From the IMG/VR virus record IMGVR_UViG_3300029448_000035, positions 1-59,204 of that record: 59,204 nt of DNA; one strand, 5' to 3'. Below are positions 24,232 through 33,436 of the stretch, in pieces. Below the pieces are notes generated by a model. It did no database searches and was not told the origin of the DNA. It worked only from the letters and a program-made list of their open reading frames with translations. The position numbers and the translations under genes were made by a program. The DNA is from a virus (lineage: Duplodnaviria > Caudoviricetes). Numbering within the stretch: the first letter of the stretch is position 1; each line of letters starts with the position of its first letter.

Positions 24232-24984
24232 ATGGCAAGCGTTCAAGCCGTATACAACACCCTTAAAGACGCCGTTAACAAAGAGCAGCGTGGATTCGTC
24301 ACGCCCGCCATGTTCAACAACTTTGCTCAGATCGCTCAGCTGAACGTCTACAATAGGCTCTTTCATGAGATGAAGGATGCTCACAGGAAGCAGAGAGCAG
24401 GCTTCAACCCTAAGGCTGACAAGTCCTACTTCAAAAGGGTAGAGGAGGACCTGGCCTACTTTTCTAGGTCAGCTACGATTACGAAAGCAAACGGGGTGTT
24501 CGACAAGGATCCCAATGACGACCTGTCTAGGATTATATCGGCCACGACATTCGGCACTATCATCATGGGCACGTCTACTCGTGTCCCGATCGAAATGGTG
24601 TACGACGAAAGCAAGATTGACAGGATACTGACCAGCGATCTCTTGGCTCCAAGCGAGTCGCACCCCGTTGCACTGGTAGGCGAGGATATTGAGGTGTTTC
24701 CGTCCAGTATACAAAGAATCCAGATGAGGTACTACAAGTATCCTCAGGGCAGGACTCTGGCTGGTGCAAGGAGTGCTAACCTCCCGAACTACGCAGTGAC
24801 GGCAATCGACGGCAACGACACGTTTGACCCCACGAACAGCATTGACTTCGAGCTTCCAGATCACTACCTCTCTGATCTGGTCTTTGAGGTGGCTCAACTG
24901 GCTGGCCTCTCAATAAGAGACAGCAACGTAATTAATTTGATGCAAACAGAAGAGGCTGAAAACCAAAGAGATAGAACCTTCTGA
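24232..24984 (+). CDS. head-tail adaptor / tail ring protein
   Basis: NKEQRGFVTP..FN..AQ..Q, YYKYP, FELPD; position in virion operon. Confidence 0.7.
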   Translation: MASVQAVYNTLKDAVNKEQRGFVTPAMFNNFAQIAQLNVYNRLFHEMKDAHRKQRAGFNPKADKSYFKRVEEDLAYFSRSATITKANGVFDKDPNDDLSRIISATTFGTIIMGTSTRVPIEMVYDESKIDRILTSDLLAPSESHPVALVGEDIEVFPSSIQRIQMRYYKYPQGRTLAGARSANLPNYAVTAIDGNDTFDPTNSIDFELPDHYLSDLVFEVAQLAGLSIRDSNVINLMQTEEAENQRDRTF

Positions 24985-25784
24985 TGGCAAAGAATTACGT
25001 AAAAGTTTCCGAGGTCATAAATGACTTCCTAATCACGCAAGACCACGACGACTACGCTGGCAGTGTCCCAGAGACGTCCATCAGGGCGCATGCCCTCAGG
25101 GGTGTAAGGGAGATGGGGTTTGACATGCTGCAAGTGGTGAGGTCCCTCAAGCTGTCTGTGAATGCCACTTCCGATTCTGTTGAACTGCCATGCGACTATG
25201 TGGACTGGACTAAGGTCGGGGTTGTCGGCAATGACGGGTTGGTCTACGTCCTGGGACACAATAAGAACATCAACTACTCTCAGAAGATGAAGGAGTGCGG
25301 TGAGTGCGAGGACAGAGAGGATTCCAAGACTGGCACGGCTGGGTTTTCTTCCGTTGGTGGTGATGGCATCAAAAGCGGATTTGACTCTCATATCTTCAGG
25401 AACTTCGTCTACCAGAACAACGAAGGTAGACTTTACGGCGTTGGTGGTGGGACTCTTTACGGGGAGTTTAGGATCAACTTAGATCAGAACAGAATCGAGC
25501 TCTCGGTAAACTCCGACATTACGGAGATTGTGCTAGAGTACATTGCTGATGAGGCCAGAGCAGAAGACCCCAGCGTTCACCTGTATGGAGAGCAGGCTCT
25601 CAGAAGTTACATATACTACAGAGCTATCGAAAGAAAGTCCTCTGTCCCAGCCAATGAAAAGGCCAGGGCCAGACAAGAGTACTACAACGAGCTCCGCAAG
25701 GCTAACGCTCGGATGAAATCCTTCACTAAGGAGGAGTTGCTCAAGACGATTAGAAAGAACTCCAAGCAATCACCTAAGCTCTAA
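24984..25784 (+). CDS. tail ring / tubular protein
   Basis: VELPCDYVDWTKVG, IVLEYIAD; coupled to neighbours. Confidence 0.7.
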   Translation: MAKNYVKVSEVINDFLITQDHDDYAGSVPETSIRAHALRGVREMGFDMLQVVRSLKLSVNATSDSVELPCDYVDWTKVGVVGNDGLVYVLGHNKNINYSQKMKECGECEDREDSKTGTAGFSSVGGDGIKSGFDSHIFRNFVYQNNEGRLYGVGGGTLYGEFRINLDQNRIELSVNSDITEIVLEYIADEARAEDPSVHLYGEQALRSYIYYRAIERKSSVPANEKARARQEYYNELRKANARMKSFTKEELLKTIRKNSKQSPKL

Positions 25785-28700
25785 TGATTGACAAGTTTGT
25801 ACCTAGGCATCTTAATACAGACAGCGATCAGAGATACCTTGAAGAAGGTGACCTTGTAGACGCCGTCAACATTACATTAAATGAAGACGGCGCTAACAGC
25901 GCTATTGTTTTAAAGAACATAAGAGGGACTAGGTCATACACGTATGCCAACTATAACGATAGGGTTCCTGACTACCCTATGACCGTAATTGGATCTGTGT
26001 CTGACCCTCAAAGAAGCAGGGTGTATGTGTTTGCTGCTTCAGACACAGATAACGCGGATTATGACGACATCATATTCATGATCGACATGAATACGGATCA
26101 GTACAGCGTGGTCTTTAGAACTGCCTCAAGCGAGAACACGATTGGAGGTCTTAGGTTTGATCCCAACTCCTTCATAAAAGCTGACGTTCTAAACAGGGAT
26201 GTTCAAAGAAACGGCACCATCCAGTCTATACTTTACTTTACGGACAACGTAAACCTTCCCAGGAAGATAAACGTAGACAGAGCTTTGGCTGGAGAGTATG
26301 AACAATACACTGCAGATCAGTTGAGGTTTGTGATTAACTCTATTGTTCCTGCACCAACGAGAGAGCCTATCTTTACGTTTGAGACAGACACTAGCGTGAC
26401 AGACAATAACCTTCTAGGAAGGTGCTTTCAGTTTGCCACTCAGTTTGTCTTTAATGACGGCGAAGAGTCGGCGATATCACCTTATTCAAAACTGGCTTTT
26501 GTTGACGAGTCTCGAACGTCTGCTGTTGTATTTGATGCGAACTCACCAAACGAGCCTGCTATATTCTCTTCCCTCAGGGAGGAAAATAATGTGTGCGTTA
26601 TAGATACCAAGTTTGCGACTGGATTTGATCCCGACCTTGTTCTAAATGAAAGCGTAGAAACACCAGATGTAGAGAACATCAGAATACTCGCTAGAGAGGA
26701 TAATGATGGGGCCTGGTTTGTTGTAGATGAGGTGCCAGTCAATGAAACAACTACAAGAAATATAGCGGGAACAAGCGTTGCTGTGTTTAACCCGCAGTCT
26801 GGCCTGTACAGGTTCTACAATGACGCTGGGTATAGGACCGTATCGAGCTTGCAATCCGACAAGCTTTACGACAACGTTCCTAGAATAGCCAGGGGTCAGG
26901 CCATATCAGGAAACAGGCTGGCCTACTCAAACTACATAGAGGGATATAACAACGCTGCGACACTTCCATCCATAACTATAACTCCAGAATACATAGGCCC
27001 TGAAACCGCTGACGGGAACGGGGGAATAGACACATCTAACTTGGTTACGTTTGTAACTACAGGTGATGCTAATGTAGATGACGGGTCAATAAAGGTTGAC
27101 TGGACAGCTTTGTTCACCTCCGCATCGGACCAAACGTATGCGCTGGAAGAAGGGTCTCAGACCGTCCTTTCTTTTTCTTGGACACCTAGGGGTACGGTTC
27201 AAAATAATACAACCGCAAGTGACGATGAGGTTTTGATGCAGTTTGAGGGAACAGACTCGGATGGAAACAACGTGAGGTTTGGTGTCGGTTCTCCTGATCA
27301 AACAGATAACAGTATATTTATAGGCCCAGCTATTGACGCCAACGTCGAGGACAGCAACAGGTGGTTTGTCAACTACCAGTACGTTGCCGAAGAAGGAGAC
27401 ACGATACAGGATTTGGCCGATGACTTTGCCGTGTATATAGAGAACCTAACATGGCTTAATAGATTTGATTACCCATTGCCTGGACTCAATGTTGGTCAGA
27501 TCACTTCAGGTCAAGATATTCACCCTTCAAACAAAACGGGAGATACATCCACTATAGCCCCAACCAGCAGGAGCTTTGGTCAAGTTAAAATGAGGCAATC
27601 ATGGAAGTTTGTAACAGAGTCGACTGGAGGTGTTTCATACATACACCCCCACATATTTTATGCGGCTATTGAAGAAAATCCGCCAGACGAGGGTCAAATA
27701 TTTACTACATACGGAGGTGTAAATCCAGGTTTTGACCCTGGATCAAATCCAGGATCAAACTTCTGGAATCTTTCTTTTCAGAGAGAAAATTTTGGGACTG
27801 GGCAAGGCGCAGAAACATACGACTTTAGCGGTGCGGTCGGCAATAGCGGAACCGATGTAGGAAACATTGCAGCTGCATCTGAAGCAGCATCTACTCAGCT
27901 TTCTTTTAAGGCGGGGGCTCTTCATGAGTTCGGGATGATGTACTACGACAGGTGGAACAGAAACGGACCCCTGATCAAGCTCGGAAGCGTATATGCAAAA
28001 ACCATAGCTGAAAGGTCTGCTACAGGCCCTACAGCCCCAGTAGAGAGAAAGGGTGCCATCCATATGAATTTTAACATCAATGGCGATGTGGCCACCATCC
28101 CAGACTGGGCTAGAGGTTACCGAATTCTATACGCGGGGAACCCCTATGACTCGGTCTTTACTGGAACCGTATCCAATGCGTTTGTCCCAACTGATGCAGC
28201 AGAGCAGGGCGCTACAGGGGCTTCGGCCTCAACGTTTGATCCAGATAGAAGAGAGATATACGTATCAATAGAGGGGATAGAAAAGACCAAGCAGTTCATG
28301 TCTGTCAACAGGTCTTACAGCTTTGCTGAAGGAGACGTTCTCAGAGTCGTTCAATACTTTAAGGCGCTGAGTCCTAATCAAGGAGTTAACGCGCCTCTGT
28401 CCTCCACAAACACGCTAATTGAGTTTGACGTAGTTAGAACCGTTACTCTTGAGGACGACCTAAACAACCCCCTTAGGTCTGGAACGTACAGCTTCGGGGA
28501 TTTGACTGACGCTGGAAAGACGGGCAGGTTCCTTGTGCTGAGAGCCCCAGAGGTTGACGCTGGTGTTCAGAACTCAAACGGAGACTACACTAAGTACCCA
28601 GGATTTGACTGGTTTCATGTCGCAGCATCTCAGAATGGAAGCGTGACAGCTGACAACAGATACCCCTACGACTCAGACAGTGACGGCACAAACGACGAGC

Positions 28701-30403
28701 CAGACACAACGAACTTCTGGAAGCAAGAGTGCGTAGTCGAAATACTAAGTAGGAGAAAAAGAACGTCAGACGACATCTATTACGAAATATCTCCTTACAG
28801 GGGGCTCAGGATAAGAAGAGGTGGAGGATCAAACGTTTATGGCCCTGCTTTTACTGTAGACAACGGGGACATGTTCTTTAGACCAGTTTTGTCTACCCGA
28901 AACCTTTTTGAAAACAGCGCCTGGACTGACGACCCTAAAAAGTGGCAATACAAATCCATTGTCATGGAGTCTGAGAGGTATTCCGACAGAAGAACCAAAG
29001 CGGATTGGGGGCAAGGCAGGGCCCACTTGCCGCTTACAGAGCCTCAAGAAAGAAGGAGGTACAATAGCATCACATACAGTGAGGCCGATGTATCTGACCT
29101 AAACACTTTGTTATTGTCTTCGTTCGATAAAAACCTGTCTAACTTCGTTGACTTAAACCCCAACTTCGGCGCACTGAACTACATCGGGGCTATGGGGGAA
29201 CAGCTTATAGGCGTACAGGAAAACAAGGTTTCACGGCTTTCTGTAGACCGACAGGTCATACAGTCCGCACAGGGTGATGACGTAGCCTTGGCTCTTACCT
29301 CATCCCCTTACAACGTAGACATCTACTTCTCTGGGGACTATGGATGTGGAGATAACCCTGAGTCCGTGCTCATACAGGACAATCAGGTGTTCTTTGCTGA
29401 CGTGTCCAGGTCTGCTGTATGCAGGCTTGCATCGAGCCAGCTATACGCTATATCTGAGAAAAGGACATCGAACCTGTTCAACACGATATTTGACAACGTT
29501 CGAGCTGCTGCGAACCCAAGAATTGTTTCTGGGTACGACCCCGCCAACGACACGTATTACATAACGTTTGGAAATATGGGGGGCAACAACGAAACCGTGG
29601 GCTACAATGTCTTTGGTGGCCGTGGCGGTGACGGAGGGTGGATCAGCAGATATACTTTCTACCCAACGAATTACAGCAACCAAAACAACTCGATGCTGTC
29701 CATGTCTTACTACGACCCCGACAATACGTTGGAGTACGACCAGCAGCTCATGCACGTTCATGATGGCAACGCCTACAACACGTTCTATGGGGACTACGAT
29801 CAGTCTGACATTACATACGTGTCTAAGCCTGACCCCAGTATGGTCAAGACGTATGACGCTCTTTCTCACGAAGGCAACTCAGGCAACTGGGTTGTGCAGT
29901 CAATAAACACCAACCTCATGGGTGCTAACGACAACGCGGGGACGCTGAACTTTGTAGAGCGGGAGGGTAGTTACTATGCGTACATAACGAGGGATCCTGG
30001 GGGCAGCAAGCACTTGCGGTTCCTTGGTACGATTGCATCGTCTACCACGAACAGCATCACCTTTGACAACAAAATAAATAACCAGCCAGTTCCAGCAAAC
30101 GCGGAGATGATGGCTGTTGTGGGCGGCAATCTTGTTACTATGTCTACGACAGCTGGAGAGGCCCTCGTTCAGTCTGTTACTGGAGCTAGAACTCTGGGAA
30201 CTTTGACCGCAAACATAGATACAGCGGTGGCGACAGACGGCACTCAGGTCGTCCTTAGAACGCCCGCCGCGCTGGATAGCGATCCGATCCGAGGTCACTA
30301 CGCCACGATTAGAATGACAAACAACGCAACGGCTCAGTTTGAGCTATACTGCGTAAACACAGTACTTACCCCGTCCCAGTTGCACCACAATAGAGGACAA
30401 TAA
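25784..30403 (+). CDS. tail nozzle / stabilisation protein (P22 gp10-like role)
   Basis: 1539 aa, beta-propeller-like; LYFTDNVNLPRKIN, ARGQAISGNRLAYSNYIEG, EREG.YY. Confidence 0.75.
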   Translation: MIDKFVPRHLNTDSDQRYLEEGDLVDAVNITLNEDGANSAIVLKNIRGTRSYTYANYNDRVPDYPMTVIGSVSDPQRSRVYVFAASDTDNADYDDIIFMIDMNTDQYSVVFRTASSENTIGGLRFDPNSFIKADVLNRDVQRNGTIQSILYFTDNVNLPRKINVDRALAGEYEQYTADQLRFVINSIVPAPTREPIFTFETDTSVTDNNLLGRCFQFATQFVFNDGEESAISPYSKLAFVDESRTSAVVFDANSPNEPAIFSSLREENNVCVIDTKFATGFDPDLVLNESVETPDVENIRILAREDNDGAWFVVDEVPVNETTTRNIAGTSVAVFNPQSGLYRFYNDAGYRTVSSLQSDKLYDNVPRIARGQAISGNRLAYSNYIEGYNNAATLPSITITPEYIGPETADGNGGIDTSNLVTFVTTGDANVDDGSIKVDWTALFTSASDQTYALEEGSQTVLSFSWTPRGTVQNNTTASDDEVLMQFEGTDSDGNNVRFGVGSPDQTDNSIFIGPAIDANVEDSNRWFVNYQYVAEEGDTIQDLADDFAVYIENLTWLNRFDYPLPGLNVGQITSGQDIHPSNKTGDTSTIAPTSRSFGQVKMRQSWKFVTESTGGVSYIHPHIFYAAIEENPPDEGQIFTTYGGVNPGFDPGSNPGSNFWNLSFQRENFGTGQGAETYDFSGAVGNSGTDVGNIAAASEAASTQLSFKAGALHEFGMMYYDRWNRNGPLIKLGSVYAKTIAERSATGPTAPVERKGAIHMNFNINGDVATIPDWARGYRILYAGNPYDSVFTGTVSNAFVPTDAAEQGATGASASTFDPDRREIYVSIEGIEKTKQFMSVNRSYSFAEGDVLRVVQYFKALSPNQGVNAPLSSTNTLIEFDVVRTVTLEDDLNNPLRSGTYSFGDLTDAGKTGRFLVLRAPEVDAGVQNSNGDYTKYPGFDWFHVAASQNGSVTADNRYPYDSDSDGTNDEPDTTNFWKQECVVEILSRRKRTSDDIYYEISPYRGLRIRRGGGSNVYGPAFTVDNGDMFFRPVLSTRNLFENSAWTDDPKKWQYKSIVMESERYSDRRTKADWGQGRAHLPLTEPQERRRYNSITYSEADVSDLNTLLLSSFDKNLSNFVDLNPNFGALNYIGAMGEQLIGVQENKVSRLSVDRQVIQSAQGDDVALALTSSPYNVDIYFSGDYGCGDNPESVLIQDNQVFFADVSRSAVCRLASSQLYAISEKRTSNLFNTIFDNVRAAANPRIVSGYDPANDTYYITFGNMGGNNETVGYNVFGGRGGDGGWISRYTFYPTNYSNQNNSMLSMSYYDPDNTLEYDQQLMHVHDGNAYNTFYGDYDQSDITYVSKPDPSMVKTYDALSHEGNSGNWVVQSINTNLMGANDNAGTLNFVEREGSYYAYITRDPGGSKHLRFLGTIASSTTNSITFDNKINNQPVPANAEMMAVVGGNLVTMSTTAGEALVQSVTGARTLGTLTANIDTAVATDGTQVVLRTPAALDSDPIRGHYATIRMTNNATAQFELYCVNTVLTPSQLHHNRGQ

Positions 30404-30405
30404 AC

Positions 30406-30413
30406 TATATTTG
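30406..30413 (+). promoter_or_regulatory. late -7 box TATATTTG, 4 nt before ATG
   Basis: TATATTTG-TATA-ATG. Confidence 0.7.
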
Positions 30414-30417
30414 TATA

Positions 30418-31389
30418 ATGCCACTACTCCTTCCATTGCTTGCGTCAGCTGGTTCTGCTTACCTCCAAAACAGGGGTCAGAAGAAGCAGCTTGAGCGTGA
30501 CGAAGCCAGAAACAAAGAACTACTCAATAAGAACAGGGCTGATGCCGCAAAGAGGCAAGCTCAAGTAGAGGGTAGTTTTGGTGTAAACAAGTATGCCCTA
30601 GAAGCTCTTGAACAAGCTAGAGGTAGGCAAGGCATTAAAGAAGCTCAGGATCAGTCGAACCTGTCGGCTGCAAACCAGATAGAGCTTGCCGCTAGGCTGG
30701 GGGCTAGGGGCGGGGTCAATGCCGCCGCCATCGAGAGAAGCAGACAGAACCAAGTCTTGCAGGCTGGTGCCGCACAGAGAAAAGAAGAGCGTGCCGCCTT
30801 GAACAAGGTTGGGTCAGAAAGAGCTAGGTTGGACGATGTCAAGAGATCACGAGACTCGCGATTGGAGTCCCAGGCCGCAGATACCGCCGCTAGAGCGCAG
30901 GAAAACCTGTTTAACGTAGAAGATCAAAAGTCTAACCTAAACAGGAACCTTGCCACCAACCTGATCAGCTCGGCCATGCCGCTGCTCGGAAGCATTGGTG
31001 GCGGGGGTGGCGGTGCAGGTGCTGGTGCCGCATCCACCTCAGGGTCTGGACTCAACTTAGGTGGGCAAATGGCGGGCAGCTTTAACGATTCTGGCGGATA
31101 TGAATTCCCAACTGGAGGATTTGGTTCCTACAACTTTGGAGCCACTGATGGTGGAGGTCTTCCACTCCCGTTTCGGCCTTTTCGAATGCGTCGATCTGGC
31201 AAGCACGGTATGAAGACGCCTGGTAAATTTAGCCATGAGTCTAACCCTATCAACCTGATGAAGGATGGAGCTAAGGTGGGTGAAGTCACTGGAGGTGAGT
31301 ACGTTGTAAATCCAGGTCAGGCGAAGAAGATCGCCGAGCAGAGCGCCTATGCAAGGATGCTATTTAAAAAGTTTGATAAAGAAGCGTAA
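30418..31389 (+). CDS. internal virion (ejection) protein 1
   Basis: Ala/Gln helical body, Gly-rich stretch, PGKFSH...EVTGGEYVVNP. Confidence 0.65.
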   Translation: MPLLLPLLASAGSAYLQNRGQKKQLERDEARNKELLNKNRADAAKRQAQVEGSFGVNKYALEALEQARGRQGIKEAQDQSNLSAANQIELAARLGARGGVNAAAIERSRQNQVLQAGAAQRKEERAALNKVGSERARLDDVKRSRDSRLESQAADTAARAQENLFNVEDQKSNLNRNLATNLISSAMPLLGSIGGGGGGAGAGAASTSGSGLNLGGQMAGSFNDSGGYEFPTGGFGSYNFGATDGGGLPLPFRPFRMRRSGKHGMKTPGKFSHESNPINLMKDGAKVGEVTGGEYVVNPGQAKKIAEQSAYARMLFKKFDKEA

Positions 31390-33407
31390 TGTCAATTTAC
31401 ACCAGAGGCGTTCGGGGGACAGCCCCGACCAGAGAAGAAAGTAGACCCATCGGCTCCAAGAGGCCGCTCGATGAGTTTAAGGAATTCTCTGAGCAGCACA
31501 TCAAGGAGAAGAAGGAGGCTGCCGCCCTGAAGGAGTCCGCTGAGTATCAGAGAAAGCAGCAAGAAGCAGCCAATCTAGAAGAAAGTAGGAAGCAAGCTGC
31601 GGAAATGCAGCAGGATGCAGAAAAGCAAGCAAAGGAGCAGAGAGAAAAAGAGCTAGAAATGTCTCAGGCCGCAAACGATGCGGGAAGGCCTGACACGACA
31701 TACATGTACAACAGCCACTATGACATGGTCAAGGAGTTTGCTGAGTACCTGTCTAATCCAGACACTATAAAACAGTATGCCTCTTCTCCAAAAGGTGAGA
31801 TGGAGTTTAATGGTCTGATCGACCAGCTGATGTCTATGACCAGCGACTTTGAGGCCTACTACAAAGAGACATATGGATCTCCTGAAGACGAAGACGAGAG
31901 GTACACGTTCATGGGGTCCGAGAACAGATTCAAACACGGAGTGTCTAACATCGGCGACCTTAACGTAAACACAAGTCACGAGGAGATGATGGCTAGGCTT
32001 ATGAAGCTAGACTCTCACCTTCATAAGGAGATGAAGATTGTAAATGGTAAAGCAGTCTTCGTTGGTGAGGACGGGGGGACGTTCAACCCCCAAGACTCTT
32101 TTGACATGGAGGTGTTTTATCCAGAGGTAGAAGAGAGGGCACCCGTAAGTGGAGATCAATATCTTAACTCCACATTCGATCCAAACTACTTTACTTCTAT
32201 AGAGTCTGTTGAGCGTCATGTTAGGTCGGCCTTGAATAACGACAAGGGGTTGCTCCGAGACACTATTAGAGGATATATTGAAAAAAGGCAAGACGAAGAC
32301 CCTGGCTTTAACGAGACTATAGAAAGCATTATTTCTCACGATCCAGAGCGACTGGAGGCTATAAAGCAAACCTTTATTGACGATGCAGTAAGGGCCTACG
32401 AAATCAAAACCCTGAAGCCAGAGGACGTTGAGATAAACATTGACGAGGAAGAAGAAGAGGCTCCTCAGGTATCTGAGCAAGCGGAAACTACAGAAGCTGC
32501 TGTTCAGGAGGACAATTCCGCTATTGAAGAGTCTACAGCTCAGCTAGAACAGGCTCTTGGAAGGACCCCTACAGAAGAGGAGATACAAATGTTGTTTGAG
32601 CCTGAAATGCAAGCCATGCTTAGGGCCATTGGCATTGACATGGATTTTTCCCCCGATGAACAGGCACCTGACGCTCAGTTTCAGAGTGCTGAAACTGAAC
32701 CCACACCAGCGGACTTACAGGACTTTGCTCAAGATATGGGACTAAACCTAAGGGACGTATCTATGGATATGTTCGAGCCAGACACGCCCCTTGGGGACGC
32801 CTTCAGGCAGTACAACATAGAAAGATCCAGGATTAGATCTCTAGTTGATGAGCAAAGAGCACTAAACGCTGAGAGAAACCAGACTATGGTTGACGACTTT
32901 GGAGATAAGTTTAGCGGCGACCTCCAAGAGGCACTGGCTAACTATGGTCAAACTCCAGAGGTTCAGACTCAACCGCAGGGAGATCCGTACTATGACTACG
33001 GAGACGAGAAGATCAACAAGATGATAAACGTCCCCGCCGCTTATACTACAGAGGGGTCTACCAGCACTAGAGGGTTTGAGGGGGACAATGTTAAACTAAA
33101 AACATCTCCAGATCCTAGTCAAGCGCCAAGCGACCTGATCGGAATGTCCTTTAATGCAGACGCAGGGGAGTTTGTAGTTACGCTTAGCGGTGACAGGCAG
33201 GTCAAGCTGTCTATTGATAGGGAAGGTAACATGCAGCTAGACCCCACTGACCTGTCTGGGTTCCTTGATGATGTGGGGAACAGAATACCCATAGGACTCA
33301 TTGTAATACAGGAGTTTAACAAGGTGTATGGTGACGGAGCATTCGGAGCTATAGCTGGAAGATTGCAGAACGAAGCCCTTAGGTCTGCTGGATTGCTGGT
33401 TGAATAA
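31389..33407 (+). CDS. internal virion (ejection) protein 2
   Basis: 672 aa, acidic and helical, between nozzle and giant protein. Confidence 0.6.
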   Translation: MSIYTRGVRGTAPTREESRPIGSKRPLDEFKEFSEQHIKEKKEAAALKESAEYQRKQQEAANLEESRKQAAEMQQDAEKQAKEQREKELEMSQAANDAGRPDTTYMYNSHYDMVKEFAEYLSNPDTIKQYASSPKGEMEFNGLIDQLMSMTSDFEAYYKETYGSPEDEDERYTFMGSENRFKHGVSNIGDLNVNTSHEEMMARLMKLDSHLHKEMKIVNGKAVFVGEDGGTFNPQDSFDMEVFYPEVEERAPVSGDQYLNSTFDPNYFTSIESVERHVRSALNNDKGLLRDTIRGYIEKRQDEDPGFNETIESIISHDPERLEAIKQTFIDDAVRAYEIKTLKPEDVEINIDEEEEEAPQVSEQAETTEAAVQEDNSAIEESTAQLEQALGRTPTEEEIQMLFEPEMQAMLRAIGIDMDFSPDEQAPDAQFQSAETEPTPADLQDFAQDMGLNLRDVSMDMFEPDTPLGDAFRQYNIERSRIRSLVDEQRALNAERNQTMVDDFGDKFSGDLQEALANYGQTPEVQTQPQGDPYYDYGDEKINKMINVPAAYTTEGSTSTRGFEGDNVKLKTSPDPSQAPSDLIGMSFNADAGEFVVTLSGDRQVKLSIDREGNMQLDPTDLSGFLDDVGNRIPIGLIVIQEFNKVYGDGAFGAIAGRLQNEALRSAGLLVE

Positions 33408-33411
33408 TTGT

Positions 33412-33419
33412 TATATTTG
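33412..33419 (+). promoter_or_regulatory. late -7 box TATATTTG
   Basis: TTGT-TATATTTG, 17 nt before ATG 33437. Confidence 0.65.
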
Positions 33420-33436
33420 CCTCTACAACTTGAGGC